Below are positions 31,650-43,027 of a DNA stretch of 64,000 nt, in pieces. Numbering within the stretch: position 1 is the first letter of the stretch; each line of letters begins with the position of its first letter. A program made the position numbers and the translations under genes. The stretch comes from a virus, in the IMG/VR virus record IMGVR_UViG_3300017989_004886. One strand, written 5' to 3'. Below the pieces are notes generated by a model, which had not been told where the DNA came from, did not search any database, and was given only the letters and a program-made list of their open reading frames with translations.

Positions 31650-33019
31650 TTATTGATTAAGCTTCTTTACAAGAAAACGTAAAGAAGCAATAACTGAAGA
31701 TAAACCCTTTCGTTTAAAAACAGAAAACTCAATTTTGTATTCATTTTGTAATAGATTAACTAATTCAGGTAAATTAACTCCATTCGTTACTACTTGTAAT
31801 GGGCATTCATCTGGATTAACCACAAAAGTTTCTGGTATCCGATTAATATCTTTAATGAGATATTCCACAGATTCAGGAGGATCTGGTATTAAAACAAATT
31901 TTCGTTGGTAAATAAAACCGGGCGTTTGAGGTTCGTCAGCTCCTGGATAATATAAACCTTTAGCTGGCATAAATGGCACTCCTTCGATATCAGTATGATC
32001 TCTTGTCCCATCCTCAAATTTACGTGGGTACTCCCCGCCTCCTTCTTCATGGTACTGGTGTAATGGTTTTTTAACTTTTCCCATTAATTAACCCAAAAAT
32101 AATGAAGATCCAAATCTTCATCATAGATTACTGAAAGATTTCTATAGTCAAACTCATCTCCGTGAACTTCAATTAATCTAGCAAACTCACTTACAGAACC
32201 AAAGAGTTCATTAACAAGTTCCTCATTTCTGCAATCACCAAGTAGTTTCACTAACTCAAAGGCCTAACAATTAAATTAGTTCCGCATTTTGGGCATTTTA
32301 GACTGCTTTGATTCTTTTCACGATCTCTTAAATTCACTGGGATTCGAATATCCTTTCTATTTTCTTGATAATGACAATTTGGGCATTCTACTACATACAT
32401 TTTAATCAGCCATGAATTTTATTAATTGTTTTGTAGTATGGACTATTAATATATCTACTTATTAAAGATTCCCAAGTAGAAAGAATAAATGTGAGTTCTA
32501 AACTATATCTTTTTGCATCAAAATTAATTTTAGTCAATAACTCATTTGCTCTTTCTTCAAATTGACCAGCATCTGTTCTTCTATTATGTTCCATTCTTTC
32601 AATATGAGGCCATGTAGTTAAAAGATCAAGATTGCGACCAAGTCCTGTATTATCTCTTACTGGAACATACTGACTAGAAGATGGATACCAACTGCGTATT
32701 GTAATAATCTTAAAAGGTTTATTTTCGCCCTCAGCCATTATTTGGATTCCTGCAAATAAGATCTTATTTCAAGAACTTTAGAATGAAATTCATCAGTTAC
32801 TTTTTGTTGATCTTCAGATTCTAAATTACAAAAGCTACCGAGCAATAAACGTTCTTCTTCTTCAAGAATTAGAGCAACATTATTTAAATCGCAAAAGCTA
32901 AAAATAAGGTTCCAAAGTTCGTCGGCTGGTAAATAAAGAGCTTCTTCCACTGAAATACCAACAGCATTCAAAAATCCTTTTTGATAGCCCTTTACTTTTT
33001 GCATGGTAACCCCGAACAA
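31650..33019 (-). other. Five small hypothetical ORFs, including an unlisted 49-aa zinc ribbon at 32251-32400
   Basis: ORF track plus manual translation MYVVECPNC..LKCPKCG. Confidence 0.55.
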
Positions 33020-33061
33020 TACAATAGAAAGGAAAATTAGTGGATTATAGATTAGAGGTGT

Positions 33062-33967
33062 TTAAAATCCGGCATCTATAATTAAGCGGAAATCATGCAA
33101 ATATGCTTGGCGTGCTGTATTAGGAGCACGGCTAACAACAACAAAATAAGGCTGCAATTGAGCTGCTCTTAAATCTGCGTATTCTGCTCCGGAAATATCT
33201 AAACCTGATGCGATTGTCTCTCCATCAAAATGACAAGTTACTGAATTCCCGTCATCACTAATATTAAAACACATTCCATAACGTTGTGTAGCTACTGGGA
33301 CGCCTATTGAGGCATTATAACGCTCAACTCCTCCCGATCTTATAATAAAATGTGCAGAATTATCGACATCTGTATCAATTGCCAACCAGATACAATTATC
33401 CGGATAAGCAAAAGCATTTGTTCCTGTAGATTTTGAACTATCAACTAAACCACACATATGAGCAATAGACGTGGTCTGCTGAATTGAACAAATAGAATGA
33501 AAATGCGGAGAAATGCTATTAATGATTGGGTAATTGCCACCCCAATGTACTGCAGTATAATCATTATCCTGGCCGCCCGCAGGTACTCCTATTATTAAAC
33601 CTCCGCCTATCTCATTCGCTGGATCAAAACAGGTATCATCTGGAGCAACAGCCCCATTCTTTCGACCATTTACTACCCAGGATTGCTCCATATTCAAACC
33701 TAAAATAGATGGTACAAAATCCACAGCCGTTATAAATCTTTCCCTAAATACGCGTGCGGGCAAAGCGTCCCATAAAACCCACTGACCAGTGATTCCCTGA
33801 CAAAGATGCCACCATTCAACTCGCCCCTTCGTTGTATTATAAATGCGTTTTACATTTGAGCCATATTGAAGAAACTCAGGAATCTGATCAATAGATTGAT
33901 TATTTTTAGCGACTGTTTCAAGCAAAAATTTTTGAGCTTTATTTAAATATTCTAAAAAAGTCGTCAT
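33062..33967 (-). CDS. Hypothetical beta-rich protein, possibly virion-associated
   Basis: 301 aa; preceded by the ATAATTCACTAAT motif. Confidence 0.5.
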   Translation of the reverse strand: MTTFLEYLNKAQKFLLETVAKNNQSIDQIPEFLQYGSNVKRIYNTTKGRVEWWHLCQGITGQWVLWDALPARVFRERFITAVDFVPSILGLNMEQSWVVNGRKNGAVAPDDTCFDPANEIGGGLIIGVPAGGQDNDYTAVHWGGNYPIINSISPHFHSICSIQQTTSIAHMCGLVDSSKSTGTNAFAYPDNCIWLAIDTDVDNSAHFIIRSGGVERYNASIGVPVATQRYGMCFNISDDGNSVTCHFDGETIASGLDISGAEYADLRAAQLQPYFVVVSRAPNTARQAYLHDFRLIIDAGF

Positions 33968-34047
33968 CCGTGAATCCCTTAACAGAGTTAAAAATCATTT
34001 TTTAAGAAGTATTAGTGAATTATGAAATGACAAAAATTAAGAAGGAG

Positions 34048-34098
34048 GTGAGATCACATTAGCTAAAGCACATGGCTTTCTTTGTTTTGATCATGTAA
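34048..34098 (-). repeat. Copy of IS200/IS605-like right end (48/51 identical to 49160-49210)
   Basis: GATCAAAACAAAGAAAGCCATGTGCTTTAGCTAATG..ATCTCAC at both loci. Confidence 0.85.
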
Positions 34099-34128
34099 AC
34101 TGCGGATTTAATGAATCATTTTAAAATT

Positions 34129-34674
34129 TCATGAATTCATTGATTTTGGAAATTCAATGAATTCACTAGGCACATGGTCAACTAACCAAACATCATTTTC
34201 TGTATGGTGAAACTTGACTCCTGTTTCAGCTAATTCTTTAGCCTTGATTTTTAAGATTATAGGTTTTCCTTATCTAACTCCTACTATATTTGCTGTCTTG
34301 ACATCAGGTGATAGATGTACATGATGCCGATTCATTTTCAATAACCCTTGAAATTTAATGTGAGACAAAAATCTTTCAATTGTGCCATGGTAGAGAAATT
34401 CTGGCGGGTCTGTTGACTCATAGTCTAAATTAACACTAACTGAATGCCCTTGACGTGCTCTTATTTTTGTTCTATCGACGTTAAATTCAAATCTAGCTTT
34501 ATTGTTTTGTTCTACAATTGTATTGAGTATCACAAGGTCTAAACCGGCTTTGTTAAGAAGATCTTGAACATCTACCCAGCCATTCTCATCAAGAGTGATT
34601 CCGATCTTATCTGGCCGGTGTCTTAGGACCAGAGACAAAAATTTAGATTTGCGTGTTAGTTCTCTATGTTCCAT
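34129..34674 (-). pseudogene. kptA: RNA 2'-phosphotransferase (KptA/Tpt1) with in-frame TAA at 34270-34272
   Basis: SKFLSLVLRH, IRARQGHS, LYHGT, RHHVHLS; continues in frame after the stop as GKPIILKI..NDVWLVDHVP. Confidence 0.85.
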
Positions 34675-37600
34675 TAAATTCTCTAACAGTTAAACATCCA
34701 GGAAGAATCTCATTATTCTCGTCTCTCTGAAGGTCACTCGATAATTGGCGGGTCCGGATTATTATCTTTCGATCTGCAAAAAGATCTTTATTTAAGGCTT
34801 TTTGAAGCATTTGAGCACGAACTGCAGGGATGTTTTGGTCAAGGTCAATATCTTTGATTTCAACTGAGATACCTAAGTTCTTTAAATAGCTCTCAATAAG
34901 CAAACATGTAGTCGTCTTCCCAACACCGGGTTGGGATGAAATATCGATGTAGATTTCATTCAGCATGAGATGATTCTTTCAAAGATTCTCGAGGTATATT
35001 GTGAACTCGTTTGCTCCAATCTTTTGGCTCTAAATGTTCTTGCCATCTACCTGGCATAGACATGTTGCATCTCTCGCATTGACGAACGCACCATTTGTTA
35101 GGAAACTCAGCAGATGATTGTGGCTTTCTCTCGCCGCCTTCTGAGGTGCCTGGATCATCAGGAGCAATAGGCACTTCATCATCTGCATACCAAACAACAT
35201 CATCTTCATTATCTGATAATTGCTCATGAGGTCTATCACTAATCCCCCATGCCTTGTAACAGTTACCATCACAAACTACTTTAGCTTTTTGACCACAATA
35301 CCAAATGATATCTTCAGGCATTAGAGCCTTCCTCAAGCATATAATCTGCTTCATATGGATTTGAGTCATTATGGCACATCCATTTAGCAATTTTTTTCTC
35401 TTTAACTAACTGTTCCAAAGCATTCCAGAAATAAGGATGGGTGTTAGGAATCTTGATCGCGTCAGCAAGAGTACAATGATTAACCCACTCATCATGCGCT
35501 GAGTCACCTTTTATGCACTCTTCTTTTTTCTTTCGAAGATATCTTAAAATCTCTCTTTTAACCTCATCTATTTGCATCTCAGTTTGTCTCTTTACGAATG
35601 CTGCTTCAGACTTGAGCGAAGGTCCTCCTGGGGTTCCACCCAAAGAGTCCATTGCTTCTATAATGCCGAGTGGGTCATATGGATCATAACTCATTTGCTG
35701 TATTCTCGATCTAAAGTACAAAGTGCCTTAGAAATTTTATGTGAGGGCCTACGCTTCTTTTCTTTACCTCTCCCTCCTACGTCACTTAAAGGGCATTCAT
35801 CACAATACATAATGTGGTCTTCGTCATGATTATGAATACACTTTCTAGCAATCTTGTCTCTTGCCCATTTAAGAGCAGATTCAAGAACTTTGATCTCTCT
35901 TCTAAGAGCTTCGTAGTCTTTCTTTGTTCTTAAATTGTTAAACTCTTCTTTTGTAAGGATATAGTACATTATGACTCCTTAGAAAGATCTTGAATCTTTT
36001 GCTCGATCTCTTCTAATGTTTCTTCAACAAATTTACGAACTTCAGCGAGTGAAAGATTTTTGATCTGTTGTAGGATATCTCGTTGTGCGAGGAAATGAAC
36101 TAAAGCAGCATCTTTTTCTTTTGATTCCATCATTCACCTCATCGGTGATAAAAACATCCGGGCTTATGATTTGGATCTCTTTTCAAGTTCTTTATTGAGA
36201 TAATTCAAGATATAATTCTCTTTGTTTCTCTTTGCTTCGGCAATCCAATTGCGTAACGCTGAAAGAGGGACATAAGAAGTTGCTTCACAAAACACACCAT
36301 TAAAAGGACAACGTTCACTCACTACCCAATCTTTCTCGAAATGTCTATTTAACTCCTCTTCAAGCTCATAATTGCGTAATTTTGGCCATTCATATTCATG
36401 AAAATAGCGAACAAAGTTAGCATCGAGTTTCTCTCTCTGCTTTTCCCATAGATCTGACAATTTGCTTATTGCTGCTGACCGAGAAATAAGGTTAGGATTA
36501 TCCATTAACTTTTTGTGCTACCTCAATGCATTTTTCACAAGTTACTTCTTCTCTTTTAGCAGACCAACGAACAAATTTTGGGTCCTCACCACAAAGGGTT
36601 AAATCTGGAACACTAATAAGGCCTTTCCAATGGACCTCACCATCTAAATGGGAGTTTTCAATCCAGGAACCTTGGGGATTTACAGGTTGCCCAAAAATAA
36701 AGCTATTTTTATTCATCATTCACCTGTTTAGCAAACTTACCTAGAGATCTTGAAAGGGCATATCGAGCGTCATTAAGAGCATCCTCTACCCGCCACACTT
36801 CTTTTAAGTCCATAACTCTTCTATAATCTGCCAGCCATTTTTCACAAGACTCGACTAAAGTACGCAAATGATCAGCATACAGACATCTTACCATGAGGCT
36901 TTCTTTACCTTTATTGGCAAGATACTGTGGCCACCATTTTGGTTTACTCATTATCTTATTCTACTCATTCTTATCAGACCAATTTTTGTCGTATGTGACA
37001 GTTCCTCCTGGACCTTCTTTTCGAATGTCAGGGTCCTCTTCCCCTTTCAAATCTCTCTTAGAACCTGGGCATCCTTCATCATTTTGAGGGCAAAGCCCAA
37101 TACACATGAAAAGAAAAGTACCAAAAAAAGAACCAATCCACTCAAAAAGATCTTCCATAGTCATCTCCTTTAATCTGGGGAGTCCTCATCTTTAAAACTA
37201 TATTTAGATTCTTCTGGATCTTTCCAGAATTCAAAGGCTTTACCTTCCATCATACACGCACGATACTCTCGTTCTTCTTCAATTTCTTCCCTTGCTTCCT
37301 TGCTTCCATAACAAACGCCATCCCAAACCTGCTTAAAATGCTCTAATTGGAAAATGTACTCCTCATCTAGAATCTTATCACAGATATGACAAATGAAACG
37401 ACCATTTTTAGGAGTTGGAAGCCAAAAATGTTCTTTCTTTGCTAAATATTTAGAACGTTCTCTATTAAAGGCTTCTTGGTGTTCTTTTTTAACACCTAAA
37501 ATTCGAGTGCGGTATTGCTTATATGTTTCTCTTATTTTGATTTTTAGTTCTGTTTTATTTGGGCCTGTAGCCATTTTAACGAATTGTTCTCTTTGTATTT

Positions 37601-37823
37601 TATCTGCTTTTTTAACAAGGCATTCATCACAAATTACAAAGTGTAATATCTCATCCTCAAAAAGCGGATCATATTTTGTACTGCCATAATTTCCATGGGT
37701 CTGACAAAGGATTCCACCATAAACTGGAAAACTACAAAGAGTATCTCCTACTTCAGCTTCTTCAGTTTCTAAGGGTTTATCACAAATAAGACAATGCATA
37801 ATTTTACGTTTTATTTTATTCAT
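34664..37823 (-). other. Run of small overlapping hypothetical ORFs, several Cys-rich, one with a P-loop-like GVGKTT (34664-34966)
   Basis: Start/stop-coupled ORFs in track. Confidence 0.55.
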
Positions 37824-37838
37824 TTTTAACCTCTTAAC

Positions 37839-38035
37839 CAAACCAGTAGAAGGTCTCCACTCCCTCTGACGAGTCAACTTGCCTGCTTCATAGCCATCGC
37901 CTGTCTTCGAAGAGATTATTGAGCCTACTGCTTTCGCCCGTCACCACTCAAGCGCTCGCGGCTGTGCTCCACAGACTTGGGTTGATTCCCTTCCTCGACG
38001 GGACACATAGTTTTGTCCCTCGCCTCACTGGTTTG
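37839..38035 (-). ncRNA. Candidate structured ncRNA, family unknown
   Basis: GC-rich island closed by a 9-bp stem CAAACCAGT/ACTGGTTTG with several internal hairpins. Confidence 0.55.
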
Positions 38036-38386
38036 TTTTTTGAAAGACTCTAGATCTTCTCTCAACATTTTATTTTCAACAAGTACTCCCTGAACACAAC
38101 TTTCTAAAGACATATCAGGATAAATCTGACCTTCTTCATCCAGAAGATTATGAATTTTTTTCAAAGTTGTTGTATGGATGATGAGTTGTTCATTAAGGTC
38201 TGCAATCACACCCTCGTATTTTTTGGTACGTTCAAGATCTTTTTGAAACCCTAACCGATACAAATCTTGTGCCTCTGCGAGTTCTTTAATTTTTTCTACA
38301 AGCAAATCAATAATTTCTTCTTTACTTGCAAAGAGAAGTTTTTGCTTGAAAGACTGAACTTTCGGATCTTTTTTAAGATCATTCAT
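37925..38386 (-). CDS. Coiled-coil hypothetical protein
   Basis: ORF track; its tail runs into the candidate RNA. Confidence 0.55.
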   Translation of the reverse strand: MNDLKKDPKVQSFKQKLLFASKEEIIDLLVEKIKELAEAQDLYRLGFQKDLERTKKYEGVIADLNEQLIIHTTTLKKIHNLLDEEGQIYPDMSLESCVQGVLVENKMLREDLESFKKQTSEARDKTMCPVEEGNQPKSVEHSRERLSGDGRKQ

Positions 38387-38410
38387 TTTAATTACATCCT
38401 AATTTAATGA

Positions 38411-38493
38411 TGCCCAAGGTGGGATTCGGACCCACACGGTCAAAGACCACAACATTTTGAATGTTGCGCGTATGCCAATTCCGCCACTTGGGC
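38411..38493 (-). tRNA. tRNA-Leu(CAA)
   Basis: GCCCAAG/CTTGGGC acceptor, CAACA-TTCAAAA-TGTTG arm, long variable arm. Confidence 0.92.
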
Positions 38494-39193
38494 ATTTTTA
38501 AAGGTCCTCTTTTTCAAATTCCTCTTTTGTAATTTCTTTAAATGTGGAACCTGAATTTTCCTCAAGTACGTCAGACATTCCAGTTCCAGTGCATTTACCA
38601 ATTACTTCATTTGTATGCTCACTGATAATTTTATAGTAGGTCTCAGATGGGCTTTTATTGCAGACCCATTCTGTTACTGTTGAAGGAAGTGTCTCCGACA
38701 TTTGAAAACTTACTGGTCTTTTGGAAATTCTCTCAATCCAATCTTCTACAATTTCAGCATGTTTCAAATGCCCACCTGCTTTAAGTGCTTTAGCAAAAAT
38801 CTTAGCAAGGTCTAAACTAACTCCCAATTGCATAACATTTGATGGAAAATGAGGATCTTTAAACAATGGATCTACTGCAAGATAATGTTTAGAATAATCA
38901 GACTGCACGTAAAGAGCAGGCATTTTTTTAGATAACGTACTTCTTAATTCTGTTTCCATTTCTTAAAGAAATTAGTAGCTTCTTCTTCTGTTTCCCAAAA
39001 AGCACGCGAATCTGTTGCGCCAGAGCGAATCTCACCGTCTTTGTATAGATGGAAAACTCCGCTAGGTTCGCAAATGTACCAACCGCGGCTGTCAACTGTG
39101 CGAATAAATACTCTGCCAGTTTGAAATTGTCGGATAGTCTCATCCCCAGGCATAACTTTTTCTTGCACTGTTTCTCCTTGTTTTTGGCTTAAA

Positions 39194-40336
39194 CTACCAT
39201 CCTTTAATTATACAAATGGGAGATGATTTATTTTCAGTAGTCCCATCACCCAATTGTCCATGATCATTATTACCCCAAGTCCAAACATTTCCATTAGATT
39301 CCAAAGCCATTGTATGCGAAGAACCTACCATAATACATACAATATTCTGAAGCCCAGGTACTTGTATTGGAAAATAGCTGTCACTATTAGTCCCATCACC
39401 CAATTGTCCATGAGAATTAACTCCCCAAGCCCAAACTGTCCCATCATTTTTCAAAGCTACGGTATAATAACTACCGCATTTGATATCAACAATTTCATCT
39501 AGAGTAATTATTTCTTTTGGAACTAAGCGATCAACAATCGTATTATCGCCAATCTGCCCATAATAATTATAACCCCAAGCCCAAACAGAACCATCTGATT
39601 TTAGAGCTGCTGAATGCCAACGACCTGCACTAACAGCAAAAACATCTGTTAAAATTTGAGTACTGACAGGGATTTGTCTAAAAGTACATGTATTATCTCC
39701 TAATTGCCCCTTCCAATTATTACCCCAAGCCCAAACAGTACCATCATTCTTTATAGCGAGAGAATGAGCATTGCCGGCAGCAATTGCTGTCACATTACAT
39801 ATATCAGAACACCTTGGAGCTATGCGATCTGTCTGACTATCATCACCCAACTGCCCAGCATCATTAGATCCCCAACCCCAAACTGTGCCATTCGATTTTA
39901 AAGCTAGTGAATGGCGACCTCCAGCAGCAATAGAAACCACATCAAAAATACTACTAACCAGCATAGGAATAGAACTATCTTCTGTGGTGCTAACCCCTAG
40001 CTGGCCTTTACTATTGGCTCCACAAGCAAAGACGGCACCCCTAAAATCCAAAATAAGCGTATGAGAATAACCTCCCGCAATCATCGAAATACCCTGAAAA
40101 TTCAAAGAAACAGGAGTATATAAGTCAATACAAGTCCCAATACCAAGTTGTCCTTTATCATTACAACCTACACAATCAGCAGAATAATTAGGATAACCTA
40201 AAAAAGTAAAGGAATCTCCAGCAGCCAAAGTTGAAACTTTTGTTTGAGGTCCCCAAACAAAACTAGTATCTTGCTCATACTCACTGCATGAGATGATAAA
40301 GAGAGCAAGCGTTAAAAGAGAAGTTTTGATTCCCAT
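39194..40336 (-). CDS. RCC1-repeat beta-propeller lipoprotein
   Basis: Repeated AG..HS.AL..DGTVWAWG.N..GQLGD; lipobox-like LFIISC. Confidence 0.9.
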   Translation of the reverse strand: MGIKTSLLTLALFIISCSEYEQDTSFVWGPQTKVSTLAAGDSFTFLGYPNYSADCVGCNDKGQLGIGTCIDLYTPVSLNFQGISMIAGGYSHTLILDFRGAVFACGANSKGQLGVSTTEDSSIPMLVSSIFDVVSIAAGGRHSLALKSNGTVWGWGSNDAGQLGDDSQTDRIAPRCSDICNVTAIAAGNAHSLAIKNDGTVWAWGNNWKGQLGDNTCTFRQIPVSTQILTDVFAVSAGRWHSAALKSDGSVWAWGYNYYGQIGDNTIVDRLVPKEIITLDEIVDIKCGSYYTVALKNDGTVWAWGVNSHGQLGDGTNSDSYFPIQVPGLQNIVCIMVGSSHTMALESNGNVWTWGNNDHGQLGDGTTENKSSPICIIKGW

Positions 40337-40523
40337 TACTAATCCTCCTAACTCTATTTTTTTTGTTACAGGAGAAATTTAGATAGAGTTTACTATTTTT
40401 TGGAAATTAGTGAAAAATTTAAGGCGGGATTAGGTATTCCAGTTAGATTTGGTTATTTTTCTTCGATCAAGTGGTCTTGAAGTTTTCTTAGTGAAGTAGC
40501 GTTTGAGCCACCTACCTACGCTA

Positions 40524-40910
40524 CTAAGATGTTTCTGTTGTAGACGCCCCTTCCGACTCTTCATAATCAGGATACTTTAAAACAACTCCTCGAGGGTCCC
40601 ACCTTTCCCAACCGTTTTCAGAAAAACGAACAAATACTTCACCATAGACTTCATAATCACTTTTCACTTGTTCTTTGAGATCCTCTGGTATTTCTGGGAG
40701 GTTTGATCCTGGTCTCCAGAGGATAACAGAACTTTGACCAAAAGAACCAATTAAAGCCCAACCCTTCTCAGGATGTTTTGAAATACCAACAGGACCAGGC
40801 ATTTCATTTAAATAACGAATCCAAAGGTCTTCCGGGATCTCCTCTAAATTTGGATCCTCAATAAGGTATTTTTAGAACTCGAATGCTTCTTTGCTTGGAT
40901 GCTCTGACAT
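40524..40910 (-). pseudogene. Hypothetical gene with in-frame TAA at 40872-40874
   Basis: MSEHPSKEAFEF*KYLIEDP.. in frame with ORF 40524-40802; ATG 3 nt after the upstream stop. Confidence 0.5.
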
Positions 40911-42939
40911 TTGTTACCTTTCTGGCATTGGGCACCAATGTGTGAATGAACCTAAGCCTTCTCCTGTTTCAACAGATTGCCAACCCTTATTTGACCAATC
41001 TGCTTTGCGTTCTTCCTCTTCCGAACGCCAAACAGTGTAGGTGCCATCAAAAAATGGACTATAATCAGAAAAAGGAATCCAACGTTCTCGGGGTTCAGGT
41101 AGAGTGGACATCTTCATTAAATCTTTCAATAAACTCTTCAATTTCTTTTTCACCATAACCATAGAGACGACCAACTTCACGATGTCTTTCAGGCGTGGGT
41201 TTTCTTTTCGAATGGATGTGTTTTAAAAGTTTATCGAGATCTTCTTCTCTCTTATAAAGGATTAAAGCAAAGCCTGGAAGATGATAAATCTTCTCCTCAC
41301 CTTTAGTATCAAATTCAACTTCTCTTCGCTTTCCATCAGAATCAACTTGTAGAATTCTGCCTGACCCATTCACTCTAATTTCTTGCTCATAATGATCAAT
41401 ATACAAGTGGACATCATATTGATTAGCAATAGGTTTAATTGCTGCTTTAAACTCTTTTTCTGATGCAGATACTTCAAAACACAACTCATCTATATCATCA
41501 GTGACTTTTCGAATACCTAAAGAAACCGCCCTACAAAGGCAGTGAATATAACCTTTTTGATAGTCGTTTAAAAGTTCCTTAGCCATTTATTGCCTCAATT
41601 AAGCAGACACCGCAATAGCAAACGATACGCGAATACATGCCTCCACAACCGCTATCATATTCTTGTCCACATTTTAAGCAAATATGAAGATTAGGTTCGT
41701 ATTCTTCTAATAGAAGGCGATCTATCTTTCTGTTTTCTTTTTCAAACTGTTTTAAATCTTCTTTTGTTAGCACTTTAGACCTCCACTAAGATTTCTATTT
41801 GTTTTTATCTCTCTATGTTCTTTTAGAGTAGACTCTGTCCAACAAGAATGAGAACATTGCAGGCATTCCCAAATAACGCCATATCTGTATCTTTTTGCTG
41901 TTAGATGCTTCTTCGTGAGATGCTTTGCATTCATGTCGCGTTTACATTGTTTGCATTTATACGGCTGCATCATACTCCTTCGACTACATCATCTAAGATA
42001 TCATGTGCCCTTTTTATTGCATCAAAAAGAGCAAGATTAAGTATCTTCTCATCAATCTCTATGCCAACAGTATCTTTGTATTCCGGATTAGTAATCCTGT
42101 CAATCAACGCAGCATTAACTGAAATGCCATTGTCCTTGCCACTTAAATTTAGACTTACAATCTCGAGTTCTCGTCCTTTTAAATTAGATAAATAACCGAG
42201 TAGTTCCATTAACTCATTTAGGTTTTCAATCTCAAAAACACCACAAGAATCACTATCTGGATCTTCTGGATAAAATGGTTCTCTTGTGTTCAACCATTGA
42301 TCATAAAACTTTTGGTTAAAAATTTTCTCTGGAGTCCTTAAAGTGTTGAAAATTGCTCTTGCATCACCGAGCACTGTGAGTGACCATTTTGGTGTGACGT
42401 TTAATCGCATGTTGATTTCTCACAATACTCATGTACATGATCATAGCCAACTTTGCTGATCACACTATACCAATCTCCCGGAAGGTCAAATAGCATCTTC
42501 ATGAGACTATCTTTAACTATAACAAATCTGTCGAAATGATTAGCACTTTCTCTCTTAAGCCAATGTTGAATATCTTTACCTTCTCCCAACCATGCATCAA
42601 ATTCTACAAGAACTTCATCTTCCACAGTATCGAGGACTTTCCCTGGCACACAACGACCCATCTTGCCATCCTTCTGCGGATTGAATCTAGGCTCTTTTCT
42701 TTTCTCGATATTGTTATTGTTCTGCTTTCAGATTGCGTGGATCATTATCATAGTCGAAACCCATCTGGTGATAACAATTCAATGCGGACGCAACACATCG
42801 TGCTTTCTCAAGCGTCGGAGCATGACAAAGGACATGACCGCCTTCCTTACCAATAGGATAGGAACCATCTTTTCGGAGATGAAAAACAGTATAAGATCCG
42901 GTCATCACTATCTCCTTTACATTCGCTTAAATATTCTAA

Positions 42940-43027
42940 TGAGGCCAGTGAGGCTCGAACCCACGTGGGGCTGGTGCTCTCCTAATTAAAAGTCAAGTAC
43001 CTTCGGCCAGACCTGGTTCGTCTGCTC
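42940..43027 (-). tRNA. Degenerate tRNA with UUU (Lys) anticodon and long variable arm
   Basis: T arm GTGGG-TTCGAGC-CTCAC and CTTGA-CTTTTAA-TTAGG arm intact; acceptor stem has 3 mismatches. Confidence 0.6.

Noticed and set aside
37864-37915. Hammerhead ribozyme from plus-strand CTGACGAG
   Set aside because: No stem II followed by GAAA at the required position
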